From NCBI RefSeq assembly GCF_009914755.1, contig NC_060944.1: 64,000 nucleotides of DNA; one strand, written 5' to 3'. A program made the position numbers and the translations under genes. Positions within the stretch are counted from its first letter, which is position 1. The number at the start of each line of letters is the position of its first letter. Shown here in pieces: positions 25,694-41,531 of this stretch. This DNA is from the human T2T-CHM13v2.0 reference genome, Homo sapiens. The notes beneath the pieces are model-generated. The model saw nothing but the letters and a program-made list of their open reading frames with translations, searched no databases and was not told where the DNA came from.

Positions 25694-28600
25694 ATATTTC
25701 TATCAGGTTTAAGATGGAAATGGAAATGCCTACCATTACTCATTTTGCATTGCAATAAATAAGCTTCATTACCAGTGGAAGCTTATTAATTTCTTTGTGG
25801 AAATGCATTCCTTGCTGATTAATTTCCCCTTTCCTTCATTTTTAAACTGCAAAAGATTTGTTTCAAAACCCAAAGATTAGGTATATTTCATTCTTTATTG
25901 AGCAAGTAACAAAAGAAAATACATTCACATTATTCAGGAAGCAATCATGAAGATACTTTATAGCTCATTTGTATCAATATCAAACTAATTTAATGACAAG
26001 TCAAACATCATGCCCTTTAATCATGGAAAACTGTAAGGTATTTCAGCTGAATAAATTAAGAGCAATTAACAAAAAAATGAGCTACACACATGAAGCTCAT
26101 TATTTTAGGTTGAGGGATCCTTTCAATTTACCGGGATTATTTTCTTTGATGTGCCAGATGCCTGTTTTGCCCAACAAAAATCAAAACACTCCAAAGCATA
26201 AAAGTATGTACCCCATGTGTTGTTTAAGATGGACTTGATAACTAACATTGGACATTAACATTTGCAGCTATTATTCCTTGGTGAATAAATATTCCTTGTC
26301 CAAAGGAAAGATAGAAATATTCAAAATAATAAAATAAAACAAATCGGATTCAACTGTACAATTCATGCTGGAAAATTAGCTAAGATTAGGAAGAAAGAGG
26401 TTGAACATTGGTCACAAGTTGTCTGATAAAAGGCACAGATAAATGACATGCTGCTAGTCTTTTGTATTAGACAAAGAGAAACATGTTTCATACATCTGCT
26501 TGCTTTGAGCAGAAATCTTTTCTAAGCGTGTATAAATTTTCTAAAATTTTTCATAAAATATGTAAATATTTAGTAACACTGCCTCAGTGTTCCAATGGTT
26601 ATACCAATGATATTTTTCAATGTTGGTTTTTAATGCGCCTATTAAAGGAAATTCAGGTAATTACTATCTTTTTCTTTTGCCAATGAATGAGATCAATAGC
26701 ATGGATAATCCAAAACAGTGGGTGAATTTAAAAATAAATTGGATTCTACGGTGCACCATACTCTTGGTCATGTTTATACACATGGATTAGTGTTATGTGT
26801 ATATGTGTTGAAATGAAACATCTTATATGTACACGTTAAAGTGTTTGCATTTCCTGAGATGTGACAATCAATCATTGTAAGGACAGAAATCTTGGAAACA
26901 TTTTGGGTAACTAATATGTGTCTGCCATTTATTCAGATTTTCCAAAAATATTCTTGGAGCATCTTTTACCATTATAGGCTATTAGGATGTAGTCATGATT
27001 AAAATAGTCTACTTGAATTATATCCAGAAGGTAGAGCTGTTAAAATTATAAATAATCATCATGACAATGTTAGATTCTTAGAATACATAGAGCAGCAATG
27101 GCATTATTTCCCAACATAAGCCCCAGTTGGGACAGCCTCTCTGAGGAAGTGATTTTGTTTTTCTTAACTGTTTATTTTGAAAACATGTCAAATCTACAGA
27201 AAAGCTGCAAAAATGGTATAATGAACTCCCATATTTCCTCCACTTTGCTTAACCAATTGCTAACATTTTGCCCTCTTCTGTATGTCTCTATCTCAATTTT
27301 GTTGTGAACCAATTAAGAGTTACAGGCATCTTGACCCTTCTAAATCCTTCAGCCTGTGTTTGCTAAGAACAGTGCCATTTGGAGCATCACCATGACACAA
27401 TATTACATTTAAGGCATTTAACATTAATACAAAACTAGAATCTCAAAGCAATCCATATTCTAAATTTGCCAATTGACCCAGAACTGTCCTTTTTAACAGG
27501 AGGAAGTGAATTTGACTAATAACCAAATGTTGAGCCCGACATAGCCTCATAAAAGGGATTTATGGGAATCAAGAAAGAAGGAACAGAAAATCCAAAGACA
27601 TCTACATATTTGTATACATTTATTTTAAAAAGCATAGACCTAGCCAATATTCTTGGGATAATATTAACAATAAAATGTGGCTTGAAATAGGCTAATTAAA
27701 AATGTTTAGTGTAAAATTACATGTAATAACCTTGTAAAAATTGATACTCACATATTATTTCTATTTGGTTTTCCTCCATTTTACCCATGTACTCTTTATT
27801 TGCTTCTTGATAAAGTCAGTTAAAGCAATCTGCCACATAGCTCCATGTGTGAGATTTAGGAAAATTGTTGCCTGCAGAATTTCAAATATGGATATGAGGC
27901 ATTTGGAAGCAATTTCTGATAAGAGAGTACCATAAATTGCTACCCTAAAGTACATTGGTCACATTACCCAACCAAATGTTTTTACTTAAACAAGATTCAG
28001 AGGGAGGAGGGATGTATTCACCACAAAACTTAATGGACTACAGTGCCATTACTTATTAAATAGACCTATTTATATGAAAAATGAACACTTAATGTATACA
28101 TGCAGATAATGTAATCCCCTTTATCTTATCTATATACATGGAAGATTCTTATTACCATCAATCTGGTGGTCCCTTTTTGCTCATTCCATTTGCTTGAGAA
28201 CTGTGTCTGGATTAATAATGAGTATATTTCCCAAAATGAGCATAGACAGAAGGCAAACTGGCCCTTTCCCAAGGACAAAGATAATCTCTCTAGGACTTTC
28301 AGAGGGACCAAAAGTCAGTTGGCCCTCATTGGGATCATGGAAAGTTTTTAACATCCTTCGTGTCCAGCAGAGGAACAGCCTGAATGTCTGGTTCTTTCTA
28401 ACCTTTTAAAATGATAAAATAAATCCAAAGTATTATAGGCCATCTGGTACTTACAAGGCAACGTCTCCAGATAAGTCTGAGCAAAGGGCAGGCATATTAC
28501 TCCCCTTGGGAGAGCATTTTGGTTATATTCATTCTATTTCTCTTGCTTGATCATGACCAAAGATATCACAAAAACCTCCTCTACTGATACAGTCCCCTTT

Positions 28601-29145
28601 TTTCACTCTTGAAATTGTCGTTATTCTTAATTATTGTCTAGATTACATATTTTTTAAAATTATCAAAATAAAAGCAAAGGTGATGATAACTCTAAAAGAT
28701 ATGTCACATACATATTTTAAATCTTACAGACATTTATTGCAGCATTGTAAAAACCTACAAAATGCCCAAAAGACCAACAAGAATAGAATGAGTAAATAAA
28801 TTAACTTAATAAATATTAGCGAGATTAGTCATATTAAAGGGGAACACAGATGATACACACCTATGCCAAAGGAGGGCCATGATTTACAGAGTGAGGGGGA
28901 AAGAATACAACAAAACAAAAACCAGATAGCCAATTGCAAAATTAGAGTAGTCCTTTATTTTAAAAAGAAAACAAGCACTGTATGTGCTTATGTGTGTGCC
29001 AGTGCATGGTTATTTATATGTATGTATACACGTGTATGTGTGTATAGGTCTGTCTGTGTATAAATGAAGGAAGTCTGGACAGACACCAGCTAAGCTGTTG
29101 AGAGGAGTTCTCTAACCTGAATATGCCACTTAAAAAATAAAAAGC

Positions 29146-29505
29146 TGTATTAGTCTATTCTCACACTGCTATAAAGAACTGCCGAAGACTGGGTAATTAA
29201 TAAAGAAAAGAGGTTTAACTGACTCACAGTTCCGCGTGGCTGGGGAGGCCTTAGGAAACTTAGAATCATGGCAGAAGGCACCTCTTCACGGGACAGCAAG
29301 AGAGAGAATGAGTGCCGAGCAAAGAGGGGAAAGCCCCTTATAAAACCATCAGATCTCATGAGAACTCACTGTCACAAGAACAGCATGGGGGTAACTGCCC
29401 CCATGATTCAATTACCTCCCACCAGGTCCCTCCCATGACATGTGGGGATTATGGGAACTATAATTCAAGATGAGATTTGGGTGGGGACACAGCCAAACCG
29501 TATCA
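29146..29505 (-). mobile_element. THE1D-like solo LTR
   Basis: TGTATTAGTC ... GAGATTTGGGTGGGGACACAGCCAAACCGTATCA. Confidence 0.92.
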
Positions 29506-29527
29506 CAGAGATGTAATCGTAAGGTGA

Positions 29528-29913
29528 TAATATGATTTGGCTCTGTGTCTCCACCCAAATCTCATGTCCAGTCGTAATCTCCATTGTTGGAGGTGGGGCC
29601 TGGTGGGAGGTGATTGGATCATGGGGGCAGTTGCTAACGGTTTAGCACTGTCCCTGTAGTGCTGTTTCATGATATAGTTCTCAGAAGTTCTGGTTGTTTA
29701 AAAGTGGCACTGCTCCCCTCTCTCTCCTGCTCCAGTCATACGAGACGTACCTGCTTACCATTCGCCTTCTGCCATGATTGTAAATTTCCTGAGGCTTCCC
29801 CAGCCATGCTTTCTGTACAGCCTGTGGAACCATTAGCCAATTAAGCCTCTTGTCTTTATAAATTACCCAGTCTTGGGTATTTCTTTATAGCAGTGCGAGA
29901 ATGGACTAGTACA
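29528..29913 (+). mobile_element. MSTA-like solo LTR
   Basis: TAATATGATTTGGCTCTGTGTC..GTTGGAGGTGGGGCCTGGTGGGAGGTGATTGGATCATGG..GGACTAGTACA. Confidence 0.9.
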
Positions 29914-31008
29914 GTTAGTATAAAGAGCTGGCAGTTCAGCAAGTACCCAGTCTAGCCCCGTGTTCTTGGAACATGTGCCTTATTAAATAGGCAGTGAAAA
30001 TTGAATCCAGATTAAGCTCCCTGAGTCTTTTAAGAAATGGTAATTTGGCCAATTATTTAATTTAAATTAAACAAAAACAGCACAATACCACCCACCTACT
30101 TTCCTCTTAAACATTTGGATATTTTAGCACAGAAAATCTGAGATGATTTAATTACCTCACTTGCATGCTGTTGACAACTGAAGATGAGATGACATTCATT
30201 TAAATTCTAAGCTTAATTTATTCCAGGCCATGTTTTTACCAATTTTCATTAATGGTAATGTAAGAAAAGGTTCAAAACTTATAAACTAGATTTTCACAAA
30301 ACTAATTTTGAGTTGAAAGTTGGAGTATAATCTCATCATTGGGTTACTGGAGAGTAGGGCAAAGAGAAAGACACTGACTAGTTGTGACTATTATTCTTTT
30401 TTGTACCACTTTTTCTGTGGATACTTGTGTAGTTAAGTATGACTTCTAAGGTTGCCTTCTGCTGCCTTTTGGTTGTTTTCCAAAGCTTAGAACAGGACAA
30501 GAGGAGTCCTTATGATAGGAATCCTATTCTAAGTAAAGTTCTCACCAGCTGTGCGGACATTATGACCCTGGAGGTTCTGCCAGAGGTAGTTCATTGCTCA
30601 CATATTACTTGTATAAGATTCTAGCTACATGAAGGGCTGGTAGATCAGGCTATTGGAGGGAGAACAGTAGCTGTGCTGTGTATTTTATAACCGCACACCA
30701 CAATGGAAAAATAAAATAAGGTGCGTCTTTTTTACCTTCAGCCAACTGAGACGAAGATTTTCTTAAAAGGACCATTTTGGGAACTAGACCTATGCCCTCC
30801 TTAAGTTTGGGGAACACAGGAGTTAGTATCTGATGTTCAATGGAAGAATCTAAAGAGGAAGGGAGAGGGTAATAGAGCAAAGAGAACAAGGTGCATTGCA
30901 AGCTGACTGTACCTTCATTAAATGTAGAGCAAGAGAGTGTGGACCAGACATTGCCTGCCATGCCCGAAGGGAGCTGTTCCAGGGCTGTCTTCGAAGAGAC
31001 CCAGCCAA

Positions 31009-31142
31009 TGAGGCAGGAGAATGGCGTGAACCCAGGAGGCGGAGCTTGCAGTGAGCCGAGATCGCGCCACTGCACTCCAGCCTGGGCAGCAGAGCGAGAC
31101 TCTGTCTCAAAAAATTAAAATTAAAATTAAAATTAAAAAATA
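31009..31142 (+). mobile_element. 5'-truncated AluY with (AAAATT)n tail
   Basis: GAATGGCGTGAACCC..GGAGCTTGCAG; perfect 16-bp TSD GAAGAGACCCAGCCAA (30993-31008, 31143-31158). Confidence 0.95.
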
Positions 31143-32499
31143 GAAGAGACCCAGCCAAGAGGACCAGTGTCCACCGAGGAAGAAGTCCAGTTGATGATAA
31201 AGAAGGCATTGTTCTTGTCAAGTGAACAAGTTTGGACACTCCAGAAGGACCCCTCTAAGAGATTTAAGAATACCCTAGAAATTGGTCCTCCACTCGGATG
31301 AGATGATGGTCCAAAGCCAGATTACAACAGTTCCTTCATTGACATGGTGCTTTTCTTCACCAAAGGAGTGCACAAGACACCTTTCTGAAGATTTCACAAT
31401 ACTTAAAAAAAAAAAAATGAACTCTCCTCAGAGTGTCTTTTATAAATGTATGAGGTAGAATAAAAAATTAAATAAGCAGTAGAAACTTATTTAAGACAGT
31501 TCCACTCTGGCAAGAGCTTTATTTTTCTTATTACTCCTCTCTCCTCCATGCACCCAACCCTATAGCAACCATACGTAGCTGCTGGTGAGGAGGAAGGGAC
31601 CCTGAGGAAGAAGGAAGAACCCAGTCTACAAGTGAATGGAGAGAGAGAAGAGTTAAGATTGCTGAAGGACTGGTGGTTTAGTATAGCACGGATGGAGCTT
31701 TTTATTTACCAAAATGACTCTTCTTCTAACTGAAGGAACATTAAAAAAATGACGTGTTTTGCAAAAGACTTAATCCAGGATACAAAAGGGGATAGCACAG
31801 AAGAGGAGTTTGAAGGAGCAGAAGAAAAAAAGAATAAAATTATTTTCTGTTCACACTCTGCCAAGTCCAGTTCCTTCAATCCATAGATTATAAATTACTG
31901 TTTTAAATGAGTTTCTACCGCTACATTTATAAAAAACTCTGAGCAAGTCTTCATTTTTTTTTTTTAAGTGTCGTGAAATCTTTCAGAAAGATGTCTTCTG
32001 CGCTCCTTTGGCAAACAAAAGCACAATATCAATGAGGGCATCTCTTCTACAAGGAAAAGTCATGTTAAAAAAAGGACTGCATCGGCAGAGATTCGGGACA
32101 CTATTAAACCCGTAATTCCTTCTATTATGAATAGGAATTATGTGTGAACATCAAAAGAAAAACGAATTCTGCCTGGCATGCTATCATTTGCTATTGAGAG
32201 ATTCTGGACTTTAATCATAAACCTTGAAAAGAGGCCATCACACCATTCACAAAGGGGAACCTTGGTCTGGACCGTTCAACAGAGTTAGAAATGATACCTG
32301 TGTTACTTGAAAGAATCAAACAAAAGAGCCTCCAATTAGCAAGCATTCCATTTTGCATTTTAGTATATGTATTTGTGTATTACCCCAAAAGCAAGTCATA
32401 TACATAGATGTCAGAATTTGCAAACTCACAGCCCCAGGGATCACTGTTTGCCAGAATGGTGTTTTGTTTTTGTTTTTTACTCATGTTGTTTCTGTTTTA

Positions 32500-33535
32500 T
32501 GACATTTTTTATTGAGGTGTAATGAACATTCAATGCCAGATATATTTAAAAAGTAGAATTTGATAGAATTCTGTGTATGTGTATGCCTGCAAAATCATCA
32601 CCACAGTCAGGATAGTGAACATATCCATCACCTCCAAATGTATCCTCATGCCTCTCTGTATTAGCTCTCTCCTACCTAAGCAACCCTCAGTCTGTTTCCT
32701 ATCACTGTAGGTTAGTTCTCCCTAAAGGTTTATAAAAATTGCATCATACAGGATGTATTATTTTTTGTTCTCTTTCACGGAATATAATTATGTTGTAATC
32801 CATCAGGTTTTAGCAGGTATTAATAGTTCATTTCTGTTTATTACTGAGTAGTATATCATTGTATAGATATACCACAATTTGTTTACCATACCTATTGATG
32901 GATTTGTGGGTTATTTCTATTACTTGACTACTGCAAATTGTTTCTCTGAATATTTGTGCACAAATGTTTGTATGAAAAGAAGTTTAATTGGCTTATGGTT
33001 CCACAGGCTGTACAGAATAGCATTACCTAAGAGAGAATAATGTGTACATTTTTCTCTCTTAGGTAAATACCTAAGAGTAGAATGGCTAGATCGTATGATA
33101 GGTATATTTAGGCTTTTAAGAAACTGTTAAACTGTGTTTCCAAAGTGGTCGTGACCTTCTAATTTCTAATCACCATTTTATTAGTGTTCTAATTCCTTCA
33201 CATACTTATTGTTTGGTATTGTCAATTTTTAAACTTCAACTATTGTAATAGGTTGTAGTGGTACTCATTGGGGTTTTAATTCACATTAATAATAATATTG
33301 AACATCCTTTGATGTGCTAATTTACCATCTGTATATCTTTGGTGAAATCTGTTCAAATCTTTTGTCTGTCGAGTTCTTTCTTTTCTTACTGAGTTTGGAG
33401 AGTTCTTTATATGTTTTGGACACACGTACTTTATCAGATAGGTGCCAGTCGTTTTGTTTTCTTCATATAGTCTTTTGAAGAGCGGAAGTTTTTAATTTTG
33501 AAGTCAAATTTATCACTTTTTCTTTAACGGGTTTT
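32500..33535 (-). mobile_element. Old L1M 3' region
   Basis: TTTATTGAGGTGTAA tail; TTACTGAGTAGTATATCATTGTATAGATATACCACAATTTG; GGTAAATACCTAAGAGTAGAATGGCT. Confidence 0.82.
33023..33066. repeat. 44-bp fold-back palindrome (21-bp arms, 1 mismatch, 2-nt spacer)
   Basis: TTACCTAAGAGAGAATAATGT-GT-ACATTTTTCTCTCTTAGGTAA. Confidence 0.93.
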
Positions 33536-35149
33536 CCATGTTCCTGCCTTTTGGGGATTACTATTCGTTAAGCATGCCCAATGCTTTGAAAAATATTGCA
33601 TTAAGTATTATCTCTGCCCAGGTTTTTTTTTTTTTTTTTTTGGTTGTTTCAAGGGGGTATAGTGAATCCAGTTTCTATTACATTTTAGCCAGCTGCAGAA
33701 GGTTGGTTGTTACTTTTTCTGGCCAATATTTAACAATACACAGACATATAAATATCTACATAATTAGATTCCCTTGAAAATTATCTGGCCATGCAGTGGT
33801 CACATCCCTGCACAAAACAGGCTGGAACAGTGTGACCTGCAGTTTGGTTACCTATTTTCCCCATTAAACTTAATGAGTCCACTGGTAGAAAACGATATTA
33901 ATGGCAACATGGTTACTCAGCTTCTCTATGTACCCAAATATAACCGTTTATCTAGGTAAATTGCATGGGCAAAGAGTTTTAGTCATTTCATTAAAAAATC
34001 ATCCCTTACTATTAAATGGAAAAAAAAAGCACATCTGATTAGAAATGGTGAAAACTATTACCTTTATTTGCAAAGAAAGGAAGAATGGACATTTTTAGTA
34101 CCAGGCATATTAGTACCAGGTATTTTAACACACAATATTCAGTAAAACCAATGCATTCAAGTCCTAAAGCAATGCTATGATTAATTCATTAAAATACATA
34201 TTGATTAGCACACAATGCACAAGAGGAACTGCCTGATGACGGAGGTGGGCATATAGAGTGTTCGGATATAATTATCATCTCACAGGTGCAGCCTCCCGGC
34301 AATTCTGGAAGACTTGCAGCCTGTTCTTGCAAGCCCTGTTCTTCCAGGCTTGGGAGCTGGTTAACTTATGAAAAATATAATTATTCTTTTCAATGGAAAT
34401 TGCCTGAGGGTGATACAGATTGGACATATCAGCCTTCATTCTAATTTGGTAGTTTTGCGAGTATTATCCAATTGCTTCTGAGACAGGTCAAGCTATCTCC
34501 TCTGGATGTGTGGACAGAAATACTTTCTCTATTTACTTCCTATGAGGTGGTTTTGTAACTACTCCCACTTATTGTTCAGCCTGGTTACTGTGCCAGGACT
34601 GATGAGAGGTATAAAATAAACAACAAGCAACTCTTAAAGATCAAGCCAATTTGGACTTAGGGCCTGGCACGGAATTAAGTCATAGTAAACTAGAATGAAG
34701 CTGAAGCTTCACGGGCTTTTAGGGCTGAATAGACTTTTTTTTACAGGCACAGAATTATGTATGTCAAAGAGTTCATTTAAGGTCAGAAATAGGTCTTTGC
34801 ATTCAGTCTTAGCCTTGTATATATGATCAGTAGTCTCTTCCTCACCCTGCCGGTCTCTTTCAACACAAGGGCAGCTCATACTAGTCCTTATAAGCAGGTA
34901 AGAGATTGAGTTTTATCCTAAAGTAGTAGAAAGCCATGAATGGTGGTGCCTGCATGTGGCTTGATCAGACTGTGTCTTGAAAATATCCCTCTAACTCCCA
35001 GACTCAGGTTTTACATGTGTTAAGAAAGAAAAAAATTAATCATAGCACAGGTGTAGTTATAAGCACTAAATAAGAGAATTCATGTAAAAAGCCTAGCATA
35101 TTGCCTGTTTGTAACCTAGACCCACAACAAATCTTGATTGTAAATATTG

Positions 35150-35730
35150 AAGCATGTATATCTTTGCTTCTTTACTCACTCCTTCACTACACTGCAGTTC
35201 CATGAGAACAGAGAACACATCTAACTTAGCTGACTATAAAATCCAAGTGCCTAGCACAGAGAAGGAAATGAGTAAACACTGCCTGAAGGAGTGGATAAAT
35301 GGATATATGTGAACATCCAGAAAATATGCTGGGAGACTTTCTTTCATTGAACTCATTGCAATCTTATGCGCGTGTGAATATTTGATTAAGGTCTGGATCC
35401 TGCACTTGACTATAGGCCCATAGAGGCAAACATTGTGTCTTTCCTGCTCACTCATTGCTGCTTTCTGAGCATCTAGGGGTGTCTGGTACATAGCTTTTGA
35501 TTGTAAGTATTTGTAGAATAAATTAATATAGTGGGTGCCCCTGTTTTACCGGGGGATGCACATAGTCTTTTAAGTGGTAATTGAGTAGTTATCTTGATAA
35601 ACGTCTATCTCCTCCCCTAGTGCGTAAGTTCACTGAGGGTGGGATCCACTTGTTTTTACCAGCCCTCCAGTGCCCAACACAGCACCTGTAGCATAGAAAA
35701 TATCTAATATATATTATGGACTGGATAACA
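35150..35730 (+). mobile_element. Cluster of L2 3'-end fragments
   Basis: Three successive L2 tails (GTTCCATGAGAACAGAG..GTGCCTAGCACAG; GTCTGGTACATAG; GTAAGTTCACTGAGGG..GTGCCCAACACAG). Confidence 0.65.
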
Positions 35731-36442
35731 TAGTTCCCAAATGAAAGATAAGTAACATGCTCAATTAATTTCATATTCAGGAAGAGTTTTGGAAAGAATT
35801 TATGTTCCATTGACTATTTTATTTTATTTTTGGAACAAAATATTGAACAATCTGGAGGTGAAAAAAAAATTATTCTTTGAAAATTCACACTTTTGAGAAA
35901 TCTCAAGAGGCCCTTCTTTCCCCTTGGTATTAAACAAGGCCAATGATATTACCAAGCTGAAGCTAAACTGGCATGAATTATTCAGAGCAGCAGGAAAAGC
36001 AGCTGCTCATCCTCTCTGTCCCTAATTTTGAAGGGTGGAGAATTGGAGGGCAGCACTGACAACAACAGGGGGGAAGAAAAGATAAATTGTTGCCCTAAAC
36101 CTCATAAGCTACAACATCTGCAGCACTATGTTTAATTTGGAAGCAGAGTCCACAGTGTCTGCCATAGGTAACAAGGACAAAAAATGGTAGAAAGCTTATG
36201 AATGTGTGCTTGGATAGCAGGAGAGAGAGAGACTGAGGAAAACCAGGAGGGAAAGGAAGAGAAGGGGATGGGGAGAGACAGAGGAGGAAGAGACAAGGAG
36301 AGACAGCCATCCACCCTAGAAGGCAGGAGGAAAAATTTGAGTTGAGGAACTTCAGGGAAATATAAAATTTAGAGATGGGTATAAGAAAAATATTTTCAAA
36401 TTAAAATGTGCTATAAAATTAAAAGAAAAAGATCTGGCTTTA

Positions 36443-36760
<318 letters not shown>

Positions 36761-37468
36761 CTAGCTTTGAACTGAAGAAATTCCCTGCCTCCTAGATCAT
36801 TTCTACCTCTTTGACACAGAAGATGTTTTTGAGTATTTTAGAGATCTTGGGGTCCAGCAGAGTGGAAGACAGGAAGGTGCTATGGGAGAGAGGAAGGGGT
36901 AGGGAAGTTGTGGCTGTGACTATAAATATTGGGAATTTTAGAACTAGGATGCACTTTAGAGGTCCCACCATATGGTCCTGGGTTGTAGAATTTGAGACAT
37001 GTCCGATTTTCTTCTTGATTAAAATGACTTTTAGATGATGGATATATTGATCCATATAAAACAATCTAGGACCTACAAAGTTGTATTTAAATCAACCTGA
37101 AAACTTTCTGACCACATCATCTGCTGCCCTTTGTTGAAATTCAAGAGCAGACTGTCAGTCAGTAATGGGAATAGAGCCGAACATGAAATACAGTGCTTTT
37201 TGGTGGAGAAGGGGCATGTGATCAGTGTCTCTGTAGAGACAGCACTGTGAGGTTAAGAAACCAAGTAAGGCCCATGCAGCCTTTCATAAAAGAAAATGTG
37301 AAATAAAAGAGGACCTACAAGGCATGAATCCTATTACATTGGTTGAAAACAATTTAAAGACAAAATTAGAAGTCACCCTTTTTTGACAACCCATAAACAC
37401 ATACTTACATGCATATAAACATATGTATATACACACATTAAACATTGATAGAATTTCTCTTTTTAAAG

Positions 37469-37675
37469 CAGTGGTTTTCAATCAGAAATGGTTTTCCTCT
37501 CAAGGAACATTAGACAGTGTCTGAAGACATTTTTGGTTGTCACAAATGAGTAGGGAGAGGTGTTATTGGCGTTGGGTGGGGACACGCTAAGGATACCATC
37601 AACATCCCATAGTGCACAGGACAACAGGAATGGCCTGGCCCCCAGTGTCAGAAGGGGAGAAGTTGAGAAACGCTC
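37469..37675 (+). mobile_element. MER20 hAT MITE
   Basis: CAGTGGTTTTCAA..GTCTGAAGACATTTTTGGTTGTCACAA..GTGCACAGGACA..GTTGAGAAAC. Confidence 0.85.
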
Positions 37676-38914
37676 AAGGAAGAGGAATAACAGAGAAATT
37701 ATCTTAGTAAAATAGCAGAAACTGTCATTATTGTGCCAAAGCCTTGTGTTTGAGTCTTTATGACCTGCATGACTAATTCTCAAAACATTCCTTAAAAGGT
37801 CATTGTTAGCATTTGCTTAAAGGGAAAGGAAATCTAGGAGAGGTTAATTATCCAAAGCCACTTTGCTCTAAGGAGGAAATACAGAATAGCAATTCAGGTT
37901 GGTTGTACTCACACAGCTGGCCTCAAATCCCTCATAAGGAAGGTGCTATCTTTGCAAAGAAAACTACTTTGATAAAAGAGGTGAATTTTAATGAATAGGC
38001 CTCAGGTAAAGATAGAGGCGAATCCATAGGAAAAAAAAAAAACTTGATTTGAACTGCAGAACAAAATAAGTAATACTTTTTCTCTCTATAAAAATACAGT
38101 AAAATAGATTTTTTCTCCCTTCCAGTTTGGCTGAGGCAAAGAGACAATATGGAAAGTACCTTTATATTCCAAAGTGATATTCCAAAAGTCAAACTTACAA
38201 ACTTACAGGTAGTTGGAAACCACTTTTGTGTATCCTGTTCCAGCTGTAACTGAAGCTTGAATGGCTGAGACAGAAGAGTTGGAGAGGAGAGGAGGATTTT
38301 AGAGAGAGCCATAGGTATACCGTGAGTCTTGTCACCCCAACTAGGAAGGCATGGAATACTTTTCTGTCACCTCAATCCTAGCGAAAGAGGTGGAGGCTTC
38401 ATGTGTTTTTGAGCTTGTGGGACAAAGGAGGCTGCTGTTGCAACTAGGCCTGAGAAATGTGAAAGGATCATGTCTCTGCACAGTTAGCCACTTGGCCTTA
38501 CAGTTGCTGTGAAGGAATGGCCTTTGATCCCCAGGTTTGCCACAACAAAAGTGCATGAATGCTCACTGGTCAACATGGGTGGCATCTCAGTGACAGAGAA
38601 GGACCTTGGGTTGTCTTGCATCCTAACCAGGAGTGTTACCTGGATAGATGGCTCATACTCAACTGAAAGGCTGAATGACCAGAGGTTGATGGAGGAATCC
38701 TGAGCTGATTATTATCTGAGACTATTGGAGCTAGAGATGATGAAAAAGCTGGAGCCAAACCTCTAATGTCTCAGAAGAGACCAAAAAAGGAAACAGAACT
38801 CTCCTCACGTGTTGGGTGGTACTCATATCCACTATGTTCCAATCTAATGGGTCTGAGACTTTGCTGGCCTCTATATTAACTAAATACAACAATTAATTGA
38901 CAATCAAGATCTGA

Positions 38915-39205
<291 letters not shown>

Positions 39206-39344
39206 AAGATCTGATTATTTAAAAAATGTGGGTCCTATTCTGAAGGACTTTCAAATTTAATAAGAGGGAAAAAAATCTGATCACCAACCATTGACTAAGG
39301 CAAATGGTCTAACATTCAAAAATTAAAATTCTCACTTTAAATTG

Positions 39345-40537
<1,193 letters not shown>

Positions 40538-40539
40538 TA

Positions 40540-41531
40540 TGAGAAGCAAAAACTTCCGAACTATTTTTATAAGGCCAGTAATACCCTAATACCAAAGCTA
40601 CACAAAAACAGTGTAAGAAAAGAAAATTGAAGGCTAATACACCAATAAACATAGAATGTAAAAAGCCTCAACAAAATCCTAGCAAACCAAATTCAACAGC
40701 ACAGTGAAAGAATCATATACCATTATCAAGTGGGATTTATCCCTAAAATGGTTTAACATATGCAAAGCTATAAATGTGATATACCACTTTAACAGAATAA
40801 AGTATAAAAGTCATAATAAATGCAGGGGTAGCATTTGACTAAATTAAATACCCTTTTAATATAATGTTCAACACAGTAGGTATAAAAGGAATCTGTATCA
40901 ACATAATAAAGGCCATATATGAAAATCCCACAGCTAACATCATTCTCAATGTAGAGAAAACTAAAAATTTTTCCTCTAACATCAGAATTAAAACAAGGAT
41001 GTTCACTCTCATCACTTCTATGCAACATTGCGCTGGAAGCTCCAGCCAGAGCAATTAGACAAGAAAAAGCATCAAACTCGGAATGAGAGACGGAAAGTCA
41101 TCACTGTTGGTTGAGGACATGATGGTATAAGTAGAAAATACTAAACACCTCACAAAAAACCTTAGAACTAATAAGCGAATTCAGAAAAGTTTCAGGATAC
41201 AAGATCAACACAAAAAAATCAGTTGCATTTTATATGCTAATAGTAAAATATCTATAAAATATGAAAACACAATGTCATTTACAATAGCATCACAAAGAAT
41301 AAAATACATAGGAATAAACATAACAAAGGAGGCAAAAAGCATACACTCATTGATGAAAAAATTAACATGAATAAATTGGATCCCATGTTCATGGATTGAA
41401 ACAATTAATATTGTGAAAATCTCCACTCTGCCTAAAGCAGTCTACAGATTCAATCTATTTCCTTCATGATCCTAATGACATTTTTTTAAAGAACTAGACA
41501 AAAATAATCCTTAAATAGCTAAAACAATCTT
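40540..41531 (+). mobile_element. Same old L1M, inverted 5' part (ORF2 RT region), left piece
   Basis: ORF 40864-41058 NIIKAIYENPTANIILN is L1 ORF2 RT; continues at 50426. Confidence 0.85.
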
